From Candidatus Fermentibacteraceae bacterium (GTDB taxonomy: Bacteria; Fermentibacterota; Fermentibacteria; Fermentibacterales; JCC-6), in the NCBI GenBank assembly GCA_027067855.1, contig JAMOUX010000026.1:16473-80472 (forward strand): a DNA stretch of 64,000 nt, read 5' to 3'. Below, in pieces: positions 45,584 to 54,814 of this stretch (within the stretch, counting starts at the first letter, position 1; every line of letters starts with the position of its first letter). The translations under genes and the position numbers were made by a program. Under the pieces are notes generated by a model. That model was given only the letters and a program-made list of their open reading frames with translations, made no database searches and was not told where the DNA came from.

Positions 45584-48396
45584 CATAGCGAGAATTTCTC
45601 CAGGGAAAGTGGATCCACCGCTTCCGCCACTTCCCTTAGGGTAACGCCCCTGTATAACTTAAGGATTTTTTCGATCTTGCTGATGGTGTTCTTTCCGGAA
45701 TTGTGGTGTTGTCTGATCTTCTGAAACATGCTCATGTCACCGGAGATGTTCACCGAATCTATTTCCCAGGGATGAAAATACAGGACGGGAATCTTGCCGG
45801 TTCGTGAGAAGAGTCGGAGCATGATCCTGTGGATGTAACCCGGGTAGAATCTCAGGTAAGCCCCTCCGGCTATGGGAACCTTCAGGCCTGCAATGATTAT
45901 CGATGCCAGGGGAAGTTCAAGGATTTCCGTTTCACCGGCATTCAGGATGAAAGGATCCTGCGGAGCCTCGGGAATTCCGTACCGGGTTTTGAACATGGGA
46001 TAGATACTGCTGTCGTACCGGAATCCCTTGGACTTGAGCGTCTCCACCGCCCAAACGGTGTCTTTTTTCATGGAAAAACTCGGAGCCCTGAAGCCCACCG
46101 GCCTGGGAACGGAAAGGCCGTCGACGATGGAAAGGAACCTGTTCAGGTTATTCTCGAACTCCTTCTTCTTAAGTAAAGTCAGTTCCAGGTGATCGTAACC
46201 GTGGTATCCCACCTCGTGACCCTTTTCCGCCACCATTTCCAGGAGATCGGGATGTCTTTCGGCGATCCATCCCAGGAAAAAGAAGGTGGCTTTGGCATTG
46301 TGCCGCTCCAGTATGTCTGTTATGGTTTTCACAATATCCGAGACCCTGCCGGGAATGTTATTCCAGGTTTCGCAGGGATACCATTTCCTGGCGGCGTACG
46401 TCTGGAACCATTCTTCCACGTCGAATGAGATCGCTATGGCGGGACGGGGAGATTTCTTCCCGAGAATGGATCCGCCCTTCTCCCTGAATCCTGCAACGTC
46501 CACCCTGGATGGGAAAGTATTTTTCGTGGCGAGATGCGCCGGGTTCGGGAGCAGGTCATACCCGCCGTCGGATATTTTATCCAGACCTTCCACGACCACG
46601 TCTGCCGCCGTTTTCTTGGACAGGGCCAGAAGTTGTTGAAGAGAAACATCTTCAATGGTTACGTCAATCTTTTTTCGGACCAGGATTCCTCCGGCGTCCA
46701 GTTGAGGAGTCATCTTATGCATGGTAACCCCGGGGGTATCTCCACGGTAGAGCGCCCAGAAAGTCGGCAGCATGCCCCTGTTTTTGGGCAGAAGAGCCGA
46801 GTGAACGTTCCAGGCTCCCTTGGAAGGTATCTCCAGGGTTTTCTTCCTGAGAATCTGCGGACAGGCGATGGAAATGAAGACATCCGGTTGCAGGGAAGCA
46901 AGAAGTTTCCTGGATGATTTGCTATTTATATTATCTATTGACAAGTACCTCGCACGTGTTCTCCTGGCTGTCTGCTTCAGGGAATGAGATGTCTTCGTAG
47001 GGAGCCTCAGCAGTCCCGAAATTTTGAAGACCGCGTACTTCGCCAACTGCACGAAGAAACCGGGAAAACCGTAAAGCCCGGCGTAACGTCGCACGTTCTT
47101 CAGGGCGTTCTTCATGGAACCGTGTCCCCTCAGGGAAACCAGGGTGTAATCGTTGAAAGATCTCCGCCTGATGATCCTGGCAATGGTTTCCGGTATGAGG
47201 AACGGTTCGTCGTCGCACAGGAAAACCACTTTCATGTCCGGGTTCGTTATTCTGGTATACAGCCGATACAATTCCCGCACCATGGCGGATGCGGAAAAGG
47301 GTTTTATATCCTCGTCCACGTTCCGGAGAAGTTCCGCTCCCTTCGAAGGATCGTCGAGAAGGGAGAGAACACCCTTGACGAGGGCGTCCACGTCGTTTTC
47401 CCGGCAGAGTATCCCATTTTTCTTTCCGTTCACCAGCTCGTGTATCCCCCCTACGTCCGTGGAGACCACGGGTATCCCTGCGGCCAGGGCTTCCAGCATG
47501 GCCCGGGGAAGCCCTTCGGTCCTGGAGGTTATCAGGAAGACGTCGAAGGCGGGCAACAAGCGATTCACGTCGTTCCTGCAACCCGTGAGGACAAAGGAAT
47601 CGGAAAGGTTTCTGGAATCGATCAGTTTCATGGTTTTATCAAACAGCGGCCCGTCTCCCACCATCACGAAAGATGTGTCGGGCCTTGTTTTCAGGATCGC
47701 TTCCGCTACGTCGACGAAGACATCGGGAGCCTTTTCGGAACAGAACCTCATGGTAGTGCCAACGATGGGTCCGTTTCGCTCCAGGTCCAGCAGTTTCCGG
47801 GCTTCTTCTTTTCTGCCCCTGACCTTCCTGAACTCTTCGAACTCCACCCCGCTGCGTATCAGCAAATGGTCGTTCCGGTGCCCGATACCGAACCTGAGGG
47901 CTTTCTCTATGTCGTTGTAACTCACGCAGAGGTTGTAGTGCGCGAGATTGAAGCCTATTTTTTCCAGCAGGACATAGAAGTGTTTCAGGTAAGACGGCAT
48001 GGCATCGAAAAAGGGCCAGCCATGGGCAGTCTGGATTATCTTCACTCCGGGAAATCGAGCCGCCGCGATCCTTCCCAGGAAACGGGCTTTCGAACCGTGG
48101 GTGTGAACGATGTCGTACTCGCCCTTCTTGATCACGTCAACTATTTCGAAGAAAGCGAGAATGTCGTGATAGAGAGAGATGTCACGGCGCAGGTGGGGAA
48201 TTCGGATAACTTTCAGCCCCCAGCTTTCAGCAAGCCCGAAGAGATCGCCCTCTTCCGGTCTTTCGCTGCCTGTAAGGACGTGGGACGTATAACCCATACG
48301 CGAAATGTCCCTGGCGGAAATGAGGGTATTCATCTGCGCCCCGCCCATCGCCAGCTTGGTTATGATGTGGAGTATGCGGATGTCTTTGTCAGGCAT
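45583..48396 (-). CDS. Tri-domain fusion protein: GT4 glycosyltransferase (N) - formyltransferase (Fmt/ArnA-N-like) - polysaccharide deacetylase (NodB, PEP-CTERM-locus subfamily/DUF3473-like) (C)
   Basis: N-terminal ILHIITKLAMGGAQ...EGLPRAMLEALAAGIPVV (GT4). Middle NVHSALLPKNRGMLPTFWALYRG...MHKMTPQLDAGGIL (formyl transferase SLLPxxRG and HxxxD motifs). C-terminal ISFDVEEWFQTY...GYHGYDHLEL (NodB fold of the DVEDYF type). Confidence 0.75.
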   Translation of the reverse strand: MPDKDIRILHIITKLAMGGAQMNTLISARDISRMGYTSHVLTGSERPEEGDLFGLAESWGLKVIRIPHLRRDISLYHDILAFFEIVDVIKKGEYDIVHTHGSKARFLGRIAAARFPGVKIIQTAHGWPFFDAMPSYLKHFYVLLEKIGFNLAHYNLCVSYNDIEKALRFGIGHRNDHLLIRSGVEFEEFRKVRGRKEEARKLLDLERNGPIVGTTMRFCSEKAPDVFVDVAEAILKTRPDTSFVMVGDGPLFDKTMKLIDSRNLSDSFVLTGCRNDVNRLLPAFDVFLITSRTEGLPRAMLEALAAGIPVVSTDVGGIHELVNGKKNGILCRENDVDALVKGVLSLLDDPSKGAELLRNVDEDIKPFSASAMVRELYRLYTRITNPDMKVVFLCDDEPFLIPETIARIIRRRSFNDYTLVSLRGHGSMKNALKNVRRYAGLYGFPGFFVQLAKYAVFKISGLLRLPTKTSHSLKQTARRTRARYLSIDNINSKSSRKLLASLQPDVFISIACPQILRKKTLEIPSKGAWNVHSALLPKNRGMLPTFWALYRGDTPGVTMHKMTPQLDAGGILVRKKIDVTIEDVSLQQLLALSKKTAADVVVEGLDKISDGGYDLLPNPAHLATKNTFPSRVDVAGFREKGGSILGKKSPRPAIAISFDVEEWFQTYAARKWYPCETWNNIPGRVSDIVKTITDILERHNAKATFFFLGWIAERHPDLLEMVAEKGHEVGYHGYDHLELTLLKKKEFENNLNRFLSIVDGLSVPRPVGFRAPSFSMKKDTVWAVETLKSKGFRYDSSIYPMFKTRYGIPEAPQDPFILNAGETEILELPLASIIIAGLKVPIAGGAYLRFYPGYIHRIMLRLFSRTGKIPVLYFHPWEIDSVNISGDMSMFQKIRQHHNSGKNTISKIEKILKLYRGVTLREVAEAVDPLSLEKFSL

Positions 48397-48402
48397 GGAG
48401 GA

Positions 48403-48915
48403 TCAGCGGGATTTCGAATGTCTTGGAATACATGACAGGGCGAAGACATAGAAAGCGGACAACAACAATGTCAGCCCCGAATAAAAAATGGGGCTCAGGA
48501 ACACGACCCCCACCGTCCAGAACAGTACCAGAGCGGGTGCCACCCTTCCCGCATGTGCCGACGGAGACCATCTTTTCGTAGAGGGGGCCATTCCCGGGAA
48601 TTCCCTGAAAAGGTCCTCGGCTATACTGAAAAGTATGATGGAGAGAGCAACCATAACGAGATGAGTCCAGATACCGCCCAGCAGGTGAACGTTATCGAGC
48701 AAAGCCAGCAGGGCCGTGAACGAAGGCAGGAATACGAGGCCCAGCAGCAGAAAAACGAAACCCATGAAGAGCAGGTGGTCCGGGGTTGGCTCGCCGAACC
48801 TTTTTTCAACCGTTTCCAGTAATTTTTTCAGGAGAATCCGGGACAGCCTGAAGATACCGAAAACGCAGAGAACCACGAAGCCCACCACCGCATAATCCGA
48901 TAGACGCTGCTCCAA
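48403..48915 (-). CDS. Hypothetical integral membrane protein (4-5 TM)
   Basis: Hydrophobic helices. Ends 7 nt from the start of the fusion gene, so probably the same operon. Confidence 0.4.
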   Translation of the reverse strand: MEQRLSDYAVVGFVVLCVFGIFRLSRILLKKLLETVEKRFGEPTPDHLLFMGFVFLLLGLVFLPSFTALLALLDNVHLLGGIWTHLVMVALSIILFSIAEDLFREFPGMAPSTKRWSPSAHAGRVAPALVLFWTVGVVFLSPIFYSGLTLLLSAFYVFALSCIPRHSKSR

Positions 48916-48988
48916 TGGATCCTCCCATCGTGGAATGGTAATCCTTGCCGGTCGGGCCTGCTAATATAACCCCGGGAATAAAACCCGC

Positions 48989-49567
48989 TCAAGAACCGAA
49001 GGATCTTGACTGGAATTTGTAGCCGAAGAACGTGAAAAGAAGCATCAGCAGGATTGCAATCGCGGGATCCGGGTCGCCTACTTCCAGAAACCGCGCCACG
49101 CTTCCGCTGAAGCCCACGTCATTGAGCATTATCATGGCGGAACCCGTGGCGACGTAAGCCCCCGCGAACGAGGTGAAAAACGCGCTGACCGGTTCCTTGA
49201 AGGAGTTCATCAGGAACCCGACGATCAGACCGATCACCACGTGAATGAATCCGTTTATTTCCGGGAGCAACCCCCGCGCCAAGAAAATCCCCAGCACCGT
49301 GCCGGCGAAAAAAATGGATATTATCCAGGTCACCAGCCCCAGGATGGCCCCCAGTACGGCGGAGAACCATATCAGCCAGTTATTCCCCTCGAGCGGTATT
49401 CCGCTGATATCGGCTATGGCGGGAGATAACCACGAAAAGCCTATCAGGAAACCGAAAACGGCTACGATAATGCCCAGTATTTTCCTGCCCAGAAAGCAGA
49501 AAAACAAGCCGGCTATGAAACTCAGCATGGGGAAAGTGAATATCTCGGCCTCCAGAATCAGGTTCAT
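48989..49567 (-). CDS. Hypothetical integral membrane protein (6 TM, Gly-rich)
   Basis: Hydrophobicity pattern only. Confidence 0.4.
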   Translation of the reverse strand: MNLILEAEIFTFPMLSFIAGLFFCFLGRKILGIIVAVFGFLIGFSWLSPAIADISGIPLEGNNWLIWFSAVLGAILGLVTWIISIFFAGTVLGIFLARGLLPEINGFIHVVIGLIVGFLMNSFKEPVSAFFTSFAGAYVATGSAMIMLNDVGFSGSVARFLEVGDPDPAIAILLMLLFTFFGYKFQSRSFGS

Positions 49568-49577
49568 AAGGACCCCC

Positions 49578-50270
49578 TTAAACTTTGAACGTTTTTTTTA
49601 TGTATTCGAAAAGGTTCGTCAACGAGGATACTTCGTAATCCGATGAAATTTCAAGCGAAGAGTTATATCGATTGAGTACCAGGATACCGGTGAAACCTCC
49701 GGCCCTCGCTGCGGCGATTCCTTTCCACGAATCTTCCACGACCACCGATTTTTCCGGAAGTATTTCCAGTTTACCCGCGGCCTCTAAAAAGATGGCGGGT
49801 GAAGGTTTCCCGGGAAGATTTCCGCCCCCCACCACGTTGCCGGGGCTGATTCCTCCCTGCAGAAGAATCGTCTTCACTATTTCCGAAGGAGAATTCGAGG
49901 CTATACACCATGACGGACCTCCTCGAGAAGCTATTTCGTCGAGGCATGCCACAAGCTCCGCAGCGCCCGGGAAAAGCTTTACCAAACCTTTTTCCACGGC
50001 TTCCGCATAGAATGTCCTTTGCCTGTAGGCCGCTTCCTCCACGTCGATCCCCCGGAGTTCATACCTTTTGATCTCCCCGGAGAGACCTTCTCCCAGGGAA
50101 GACCAGTATTTCCAGTAGTCTTTCTTGTTTACCCGGTGGTTCCAGGGGGCCAGGGCCTTGTTCCACGACCACCTGAAGACGGGTTCGCTGTCAGCGAGAA
50201 CTCCGTCGAAATCCAGGAGGAAACCATCCGCCGAAAGCAGGACCTCGTCCAGGTCTTTTCCACCGTTCAA
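49578..50270 (-). CDS. HAD-IA family hydrolase (beta-phosphoglucomutase/phosphatase-like)
   Basis: LLDFDGVLADSEP (motif I DxDG) and the VVVEDSWKGIAAARAGG motif. The start is probably a TTG with an AGGGGA RBS, upstream of the conserved DFDG. The N-terminal extension in the track is not credible. Confidence 0.65.
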   Translation of the reverse strand: MNGGKDLDEVLLSADGFLLDFDGVLADSEPVFRWSWNKALAPWNHRVNKKDYWKYWSSLGEGLSGEIKRYELRGIDVEEAAYRQRTFYAEAVEKGLVKLFPGAAELVACLDEIASRGGPSWCIASNSPSEIVKTILLQGGISPGNVVGGGNLPGKPSPAIFLEAAGKLEILPEKSVVVEDSWKGIAAARAGGFTGILVLNRYNSSLEISSDYEVSSLTNLFEYIKKTFKV

Positions 50271-50416
50271 ACAACTTTCCCCTCTCGCGGGCTGTGTGTT
50301 CGTCCTTGGCCCCACGCCCTTCGGGTTACATAATACAAAAATCTTGCATGGGGGAACCAGAGAGTAAAGACCTCCCCCATATTCTCGGATCTGTCCATAA
50401 AACGAGGGAGGCATAC

Positions 50417-51319
50417 TTGTACGGGAATTTCAAGGAGATACGGGAGGCGGCCAGGAAAGTTTCCAACGCCAGGGTCGCGATACCCATGGGACACGATATC
50501 GCATCGGTGGAAGCCTTGCTGCAGGCGTCCGAGGAGGGATTCGCGTCGGCGGTGATAGTATGTCCCGAAGCCGGTTTGAAGGAATCTCTGGATAAGTTGG
50601 GGAAAAAACTTCCCCCCGATATCCGGGTGGTGAACTCGGAAGACCCGGAGGAGGCGGCGCTTCGGGCCGTGGCCCTGGTCAGCTCCGGGGAGGCGACCGT
50701 ACTGATGAAAGGAATGCTTAAAACATCGATTTTCCAGAAAGCCGTGTTGGACAAGGAGACCGGCTTGAGAACCGACAGAATCCTCAGTCATGTCGCGGTG
50801 GTCCACGTGCCCAGGCAGGATCGCCTGGTTGCGATTTCGGACGGAGGGATGAACATCCGTCCCGACGAGGCTGCAATAGTCCAGATAGCCGCCAACGCGG
50901 CGGGCGTCATAAGGGCCCTTGGGGCGGAGGAAGCCCTGGTGGCCCTGTTGGCCGCGGTGGAGGTTCCCAACGAGAAGATGCCGGAAACCATTATGTTCGA
51001 AAGAGTGGCGTCAAGGGGCATTCCGGGGCTCAAGGTGGCGGGACCCATCGCGGTAGACGGGGCCATGGACAAAGAGGCTGCGGCAATCAAGGGAATGACC
51101 GGTGACGTTCCCGGGAACGCCAACGTGCTCATAACTCCGGATATCAGCAGTGGAAACATTTTCGCGAAGGCCTTCATGTATATGACCCATGCCGAAGTCG
51201 GAGGAATCATCGCCGGTGCGGCTGCCCCCGTGGTAATGCTTTCCCGATCGGATACCCCGCGGACCAAGCTGAATTCCCTTGCCCTGGGAGTAGTGGTGAC
51301 GGGAGGCGACAATGGCTGA
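50417..51319 (+). CDS. ptb: Phosphate butyryltransferase/phosphate acetyltransferase family (Ptb-like)
   Basis: ...RVAIPMGHD...ATVLMKGML...AISDGGMNI... is Ptb/Pta-like. GAGGGAGG RBS precedes the in-frame TTG at 50417; an alternative ATG lies at 50348. Confidence 0.8.
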   Translation: MYGNFKEIREAARKVSNARVAIPMGHDIASVEALLQASEEGFASAVIVCPEAGLKESLDKLGKKLPPDIRVVNSEDPEEAALRAVALVSSGEATVLMKGMLKTSIFQKAVLDKETGLRTDRILSHVAVVHVPRQDRLVAISDGGMNIRPDEAAIVQIAANAAGVIRALGAEEALVALLAAVEVPNEKMPETIMFERVASRGIPGLKVAGPIAVDGAMDKEAAAIKGMTGDVPGNANVLITPDISSGNIFAKAFMYMTHAEVGGIIAGAAAPVVMLSRSDTPRTKLNSLALGVVVTGGDNG

Positions 51320-52394
51320 GGATGAAAGGTTGATACTCGCCGTAAATCCCGGCGGTACTTCCACGAAACTGGGATTGTTCAGGGGAATCCGGCCCGTTTT
51401 CGAGAAGAGCATCAGGCACCTTCCGGAAGAATTGGAAAAATTCGGGACGACCCTGGACCAGTTGAATTACAGGAAGAAAATGATACTCGATACCCTGGAG
51501 GAAGAAGGCACGCCGCTGGACCGCCTGGCTGCCGTGGTGGGCAGGGGAGGAGCTTTCAAGCCCATGGAAAGCGGCACTTACGAGGTAAACGAGAAGCTCG
51601 TCGAGGATATCATAGACGGGTCCACCCTGCAGGCGGATCATCCGTCGAACCTGGGGGCGCTCCTGGCATGGGAAATAGCCCGGAAGGCGGGTTGCAAGCC
51701 GTACATCGTGGATCCGGTCTGCGTGGACGAAATGATAGACGAAGCAAGGCTGTCCGGACTTCCCCAACTTCCAAGGACCAGCCTGAGTCATGCCTTGAAC
51801 ATAAGAATGGTGGCGTACAAGGCCGCCGAAATACTGGGGAAACCTTTCAACCGGATCAATCTCGTGGTCCTGCACCTCGGAAGCGGTATATCCGTGAACG
51901 CCATAAGGAAGGGCAGGATGATAGATACCAGTCAGGCTAATGACGGAGGCCCTTTCAGTCCCCAGAGAGTGGGGGCGCTTCCCACCACGGGGCTGGCCAG
52001 GATGTGCCTGTCGGGTAAATACACGTGGCCGGAGATGAAGGTCATGCTTCTCAAGAAGGGCGGGCTGTACGCCTACACGGGAACGGATCACGTGGGAGAG
52101 GCCCTCGAAAGAGCTGCCAAGGGCGACGAGATCTGCAGTTTGACGCTCAGGGCGATGGTCTACCAGATAGTGAAAGAGGCCGGGGCTATGGCGGCTGCGT
52201 TGGCCGGGGATGTCGACGCCGTGGTGATAACCGGGGGGATCGCCCTCAACGAGCAGATAAACGAGAAAATATCGGAGTCTCTCCGCTTCCTGGGTAATAT
52301 ATTGGTCTTCCCCGGAGAGAAGGAATTGGAAGCGTTGGTGCGGGGGGTCCTGAGGGTTCTGGATGGCGTGGAGGAAGTCAAGGAGTACAGGTAG
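51312..52394 (+). CDS. buk: Butyrate kinase (acetate/butyrate kinase family)
   Basis: ILAVNPGGTSTKLGLF N-terminus and the ...VLHLGSGISV... motif. 360 aa. Confidence 0.85.
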   Translation: MAEDERLILAVNPGGTSTKLGLFRGIRPVFEKSIRHLPEELEKFGTTLDQLNYRKKMILDTLEEEGTPLDRLAAVVGRGGAFKPMESGTYEVNEKLVEDIIDGSTLQADHPSNLGALLAWEIARKAGCKPYIVDPVCVDEMIDEARLSGLPQLPRTSLSHALNIRMVAYKAAEILGKPFNRINLVVLHLGSGISVNAIRKGRMIDTSQANDGGPFSPQRVGALPTTGLARMCLSGKYTWPEMKVMLLKKGGLYAYTGTDHVGEALERAAKGDEICSLTLRAMVYQIVKEAGAMAAALAGDVDAVVITGGIALNEQINEKISESLRFLGNILVFPGEKELEALVRGVLRVLDGVEEVKEYR

Positions 52395-52427
52395 GCCGTA
52401 TACTGGGCCTCGACGGGAAAGGCGGAA

Positions 52428-54212
52428 ATGGGAAAAAGACTCAACGAGATCACCGAGGGGACGTTGTTCCTCTCGGGTAACGAAGCCGTAGCCAGGGGAG
52501 CCTGGGAAGCGGGAGTTCATTTCGCGACGGGATATCCGGGCACACCATCCACGGAGATCCTGGAGACGATAGGCAAGGAATATCTTGAGATAAAGGCCCA
52601 ATGGGCGCCCAACGAAAAGGTGGGCATGGAGGTTTTGGCCGGGGCTTCCTTCGCCGGGGCGCGGGTGCTCACGGCCATGAAGCACGTGGGGTTGAACGTG
52701 GCTGCCGATCCTCTCTACACCCTGAGCTACATCGGGGCTACGGGGGGAATAGTCATAATATCCGCCGATGATCCAGGTATGCATTCGAGTCAGAACGAGC
52801 AGGACAACAGGCTCATGGGGAGGGCGGCGAAGGTGGTGATACTGGAGCCTTCCGACAGCCAGGAAGCCAAGGACATGGTGGGTGAAGCCCTGAGAATTTC
52901 TGAGGAATTCGACACACCGGTGCTTCTCAGGATGACCACGAGAATATGCCACTCCAAGAGCCTGGTGAAGGTAGGCCCCAGGATCGAGGTTCCGGTGAAG
53001 GGCTACAAAACCGACATAAAGAAAAGAATCCCGATTCCCGCCCACGCGAGAGACATGCACAGCAAAGTGGAAAAGAGACTGCTCGTCCTGGCCGAGTGGG
53101 GAGCCGCCAGTCCATTGAACAGGATAGAAAAGGGCGACCCTTCCCTGGGAGTCATAACCGGCGGCGTTTCTTACCAGTATGTCAAAGAAGCATGCCCGGA
53201 AGCCTCTGTACTCAAGATAGGAATGTCCAACCCGTTGCCGTGGAATCTGGTGGAGAAGTTCCTGGGCATGGTTGACAGGGTGGTTTTCGTGGAAGAAAAC
53301 GATCCTTACCTGGAAGAAACGGTCAAGGCCAGGTTCCTCATCGAAGCCGACGGGAAAAACGTTATCCCCTTGGAGGGGGAACTCAACCCGGAGATAGTAC
53401 GTGAAGCACTTAAGCCGGGAACCGGCATGCAAAGCACATGGCGGGGTTTCGACCTGCCGGGACGACCTCCGGCCCTTTGCCCCGGTTGTCCCCATAGGGG
53501 GGCTTTCTACAGCCTTAGCAGGCTTGGAGCCGGGGCCACCGGCGACATAGGCTGTTACACCCTGGGCCTCATGCCTCCTTACAATGCCCTGGAGACCACC
53601 GTATGCATGGGAGCTTCCATCGGTGTTCTGAGCGGCATAGAGAATGCGGAGGGAAGGAAGGGCATAAAAAGGTTGGTGGCGGCCATAGGGGAGTCGACGT
53701 TCGTACATTCGGGGATAACCGGTCTTATCGACATGGTTTATAACGGCAATACGGGAACCGTGATGATAATGGACAACGGCCTGACCGCCATGACCGGAGG
53801 GCAGGAGAATCCCACCACGGGAAGGAATCTCAGGGGGGAAAAAGCTCCGGTCCTGGACCTGGAGGAACTGGTTAAGGCCTGCGGGGTCCGGATTGTCAGG
53901 GTAGTGGATCCCCATGATCTTGACGAGATGCGGAAAGTATTCGAGGAGGAGTTGGCAAGAGAGGAACTCTCGGTGATTATCACGCGCAGGCCGTGCGTGA
54001 TGAAGTACAGGCCCGTGAGACGGACCGTGGCGGTGGTGGACACTGAGAAGTGCGTGGGATGCAGGCAGTGCATGAAACTCGGGTGTCCGGCCATCAGCTG
54101 GGATAACGGCCATCCGGTGATAAGCGAGTTCCTATGTTGGCCCAGATGCAACCTTTGTGTCCAGGTCTGTCCGGTGGATGCCATCTCGAAGGATATGGAA
54201 GGTGATGAATGA
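52428..54212 (+). CDS. iorA: Indolepyruvate ferredoxin oxidoreductase subunit alpha
   Basis: GNEAVARGAWEAGVHFATGYPGTPSTEILE... TPP-binding region. C-terminal 2x[4Fe-4S] domain (CVGCRQCMKLGCPAI...CNLCVQVCPVDAI). Confidence 0.9.
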   Translation: MGKRLNEITEGTLFLSGNEAVARGAWEAGVHFATGYPGTPSTEILETIGKEYLEIKAQWAPNEKVGMEVLAGASFAGARVLTAMKHVGLNVAADPLYTLSYIGATGGIVIISADDPGMHSSQNEQDNRLMGRAAKVVILEPSDSQEAKDMVGEALRISEEFDTPVLLRMTTRICHSKSLVKVGPRIEVPVKGYKTDIKKRIPIPAHARDMHSKVEKRLLVLAEWGAASPLNRIEKGDPSLGVITGGVSYQYVKEACPEASVLKIGMSNPLPWNLVEKFLGMVDRVVFVEENDPYLEETVKARFLIEADGKNVIPLEGELNPEIVREALKPGTGMQSTWRGFDLPGRPPALCPGCPHRGAFYSLSRLGAGATGDIGCYTLGLMPPYNALETTVCMGASIGVLSGIENAEGRKGIKRLVAAIGESTFVHSGITGLIDMVYNGNTGTVMIMDNGLTAMTGGQENPTTGRNLRGEKAPVLDLEELVKACGVRIVRVVDPHDLDEMRKVFEEELAREELSVIITRRPCVMKYRPVRRTVAVVDTEKCVGCRQCMKLGCPAISWDNGHPVISEFLCWPRCNLCVQVCPVDAISKDMEGDE

Positions 54213-54793
54213 ACTCCGTCACGAACGTCATAATCTGCGGTACCGGCGGGCAGGGAATCCTGCTTGCCAGTGAAATCCTTTGCGCGGCCGCCATCGCCGC
54301 CGGTAACGACGTGAAGAAAAGTGAAGTACATGGAATGGCCCAAAGGGGTGGGAGCGTTTCCAGCCACGTCAGGTTCGGAGAGAAGATCTACAGCCCCCTG
54401 GTGGAGAAAGGGAACGCGGACCTGATTCTTGCCATGGAAAAACTGGAGGGACTGAGATGGGTCCCGTATCTCGCTCCCGGAGGAAAGCTCGTGGCGTGCG
54501 ACCTGGAAATCAATCCCATGACGGTGAATACCGGGGAGGCGGTCTACCCCGACGTGGACGCGATGATGAAAGAGAAGGGCGTCCCGGTGACCATGGTTCC
54601 GGCGATGGAAGTCGCAAGGGCTCTCGGTAACATGAAAGTGGTCAACGTGGCGCTTCTCGGAGCGGTTTCGCCCCACCTTCCCATCGACGCCGAATACTGG
54701 CGCGAGGCGATAAAACAAAGGGTTCCGGGGAAGTTCCTGGAGGTGAACCTGCAGGCATTCGACAGGGGAAGGGAACTGGGTTCGGATACCTAG
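54209..54793 (+). CDS. iorB: Indolepyruvate ferredoxin oxidoreductase subunit beta
   Basis: NVIICGTGGQGILLASEILCAAAIAAGNDVKKSEVHGMAQRGGSVSSHV. Confidence 0.85.
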   Translation: MNSVTNVIICGTGGQGILLASEILCAAAIAAGNDVKKSEVHGMAQRGGSVSSHVRFGEKIYSPLVEKGNADLILAMEKLEGLRWVPYLAPGGKLVACDLEINPMTVNTGEAVYPDVDAMMKEKGVPVTMVPAMEVARALGNMKVVNVALLGAVSPHLPIDAEYWREAIKQRVPGKFLEVNLQAFDRGRELGSDT

Positions 54794-54814
54794 CTCCGGG
54801 ACTTCTCCACGAGA

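Noticed and set aside
51207-54113. 968-aa ORF on the minus strand antisense to ptb/buk/iorA. Other long antisense ORFs: 23206..25083 (+), 18654..20114 (+), 30074..32434 (+), 26289..27545 (+), 28278..29528 (+), 884..2203 (-), 3326..4807 (-), 14418..15581 (+), 40168..41229 (-), 46984..48435 (+).
   Set aside because: High-GC DNA generates long stop-free antisense frames. Each overlaps a gene with clear, conserved family signatures on the opposite strand. The translations are low-complexity (Arg/Gly/Pro-rich) with no recognisable motifs.
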